DNA of 64,000 nucleotides from Pseudomonadota bacterium (lineage in GTDB: Bacteria > Pseudomonadota > Gammaproteobacteria > Pseudomonadales > Pseudohongiellaceae), in the NCBI GenBank assembly GCA_040384465.1, contig JAZKJF010000009.1:2129-66128 (forward strand), written 5' to 3'. The position numbers and the translations under genes are program-made. The notes below the pieces were generated by a model that ran no database searches, was not told the origin of the DNA, and was given only the letters and a program-made list of their open reading frames with translations. Position 1 is the first letter of the stretch; every line of letters begins with the position of its first letter. Below are positions 63,156 through 64,000 of this stretch, in pieces.

Positions 63156-64000
63156 ATGAACCCATATTTCCGTCTGACTGCCGCCGCTCTGACCGCTCTC
63201 CTGGTGCAAACCGCTTGCACTCCTGCGTCAGATCAATCTTCAGCCACCACTACAACGCCTGCCGCCGCCCAGCCCTCCGCTTCCACCTGGGTCGCCACAC
63301 CGGAGATGCTCGCCTGCGCAGCCGAGCACGCCGTGCTGGTCGAAGGCACTGGTGATTTCAGCCGCGACATCGACTCGCCAGCCCCCGAAGCGCAACAGTA
63401 TTTTGATCAAGGTCTGCGCCTGGCCTACGGCTATTACTTCCCGGAGGCAGTCGGCTCCTACAATGCAGCCCTCTGCTTCGACCCCGACAACGCTCGCATC
63501 CACTGGGCACGCGCCCAGGCCCTCGGCCCCAATGCCAACAGCCGCAACAGCGCCATGCCCGACGACCCCATGGGCGAAGGCAAGAAGGCGATGGACCGTG
63601 CCGTGGAGCTGTCGGCCAATCAGCCGCAAATCTGGAAAGACATAATTCAGGCGCTGACGCCGATGTTCGACATGGCGACTTATCCCGAGCAAGCCGCCCG
63701 CAGCCAGGCAGTCATCGCCTCTGCCAAAGCCGCCTACGAGAAATATCCGCAGGACCACGAGATCGCCTTCCTGCTCGGCCACGCCATCATGATGGCCTCG
63801 CCCTGGTACTACTTCGAATGGGACGGCACCCCGCGCGAGAACACCGAGCTGGCCATGCAGGTCATGGAAACGGGCATGGCCGAGAACCCCTACCACCCCG
63901 GGCTGACGCACCTGCACGTACACCTGATGGAGGCGTCGCGCCAACCGGTCCGCGCCGAGACTTCGGCCGATGCGCTGGAGCCGCTGACTCCGAAGATCGG
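63156..64000 (+). CDS. exported/lipoprotein-like protein of unknown function, 3' end beyond window
   Basis: Not in the ORF track because no stop is reached. I translated ATG 63156 by hand: MNPYFRLTAAALTALLVQTACTPAS... It stays open to nt 64000. Codon usage looks genuine, unlike the antisense 63240-63944 ORF. Confidence 0.6.
   Translation, partial: MNPYFRLTAAALTALLVQTACTPASDQSSATTTTPAAAQPSASTWVATPEMLACAAEHAVLVEGTGDFSRDIDSPAPEAQQYFDQGLRLAYGYYFPEAVGSYNAALCFDPDNARIHWARAQALGPNANSRNSAMPDDPMGEGKKAMDRAVELSANQPQIWKDIIQALTPMFDMATYPEQAARSQAVIASAKAAYEKYPQDHEIAFLLGHAIMMASPWYYFEWDGTPRENTELAMQVMETGMAENPYHPGLTHLHVHLMEASRQPVRAETSADALEPLTPKI

Noticed and set aside
63240-63944. 234-aa minus-strand ORF at the window end.
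   Set aside because: The opposite strand carries a better open frame with a signal peptide from 63156. The minus product is Gly/Arg/His/Val-rich.

Overview
This is a chromosomal segment from a gammaproteobacterium. The gene order looks Pseudomonadales-like (inference). GC is roughly 57-60% by eye, and coding density is high.

Core backbone, 0-24 kb: M23 peptidase (5' partial), anmK, erpA, a bactofilin pair, argC, hemJ, thiD, thiE, hemL, a PfkB kinase, dnaJ-dnaK-grpE, recN, fur, bamE, rnfH-ratA, smpB and ssrA (tmRNA).

Accessory content:
- A 4-kb insertion between bamE and rnfH carries a His-rich TonB-dependent receptor, a DUF2946-like gene, and a single-domain ArsA/Get3-like ATPase coupled to a 96-aa protein ending in Cys-Cys-stop.
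- A 5.0-kb integrative element sits in the 3' end of ssrA (26-bp att repeats at 24012-24037 and 29017-29042). It carries a P4/CP4-57-type integrase, three unknown cargo genes, alpA, a Rep-like gene with iterons, and a 1-kb repeat-rich stretch with no ORFs.
- An XRE/AbiEii-type toxin-antitoxin pair.
- A 9-kb phosphorus-scavenging cluster on the minus strand: PhoX-like, TonB receptor, beta-propeller phytase, phytase-like autotransporter and PhoD, with a candidate Pho box.
- A CDF metal exporter and dinJ-yafQ.
- A nuclease islet between yajD and a thioesterase, with GC falling to about 35-40% at its 3' side. It holds an unusual SAM-methyltransferase/HNH fusion (577 aa), a COG3183-type HNH gene broken by an in-frame TAA, and a NERD/zinc-ribbon protein.
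- A mixed region: VOC proteins, a VCBS-repeat protein, a LuxR response regulator, a Fic protein with a His-to-Gln Doc-like motif, an NHL protein, arsM-arsC, a PAS-GGDEF cyclase, a Sel1 protein, a Na/Pi transporter, a HAD hydrolase and a yqjD/E/K-like trio.

Two REP-like palindromic repeat families are scattered through the intergenic regions. One forms a 4-unit, 38-bp-period tandem array.

No CRISPR array, rRNA or canonical tRNA was seen. All functional calls rest on motif recognition by eye; no searches were run.
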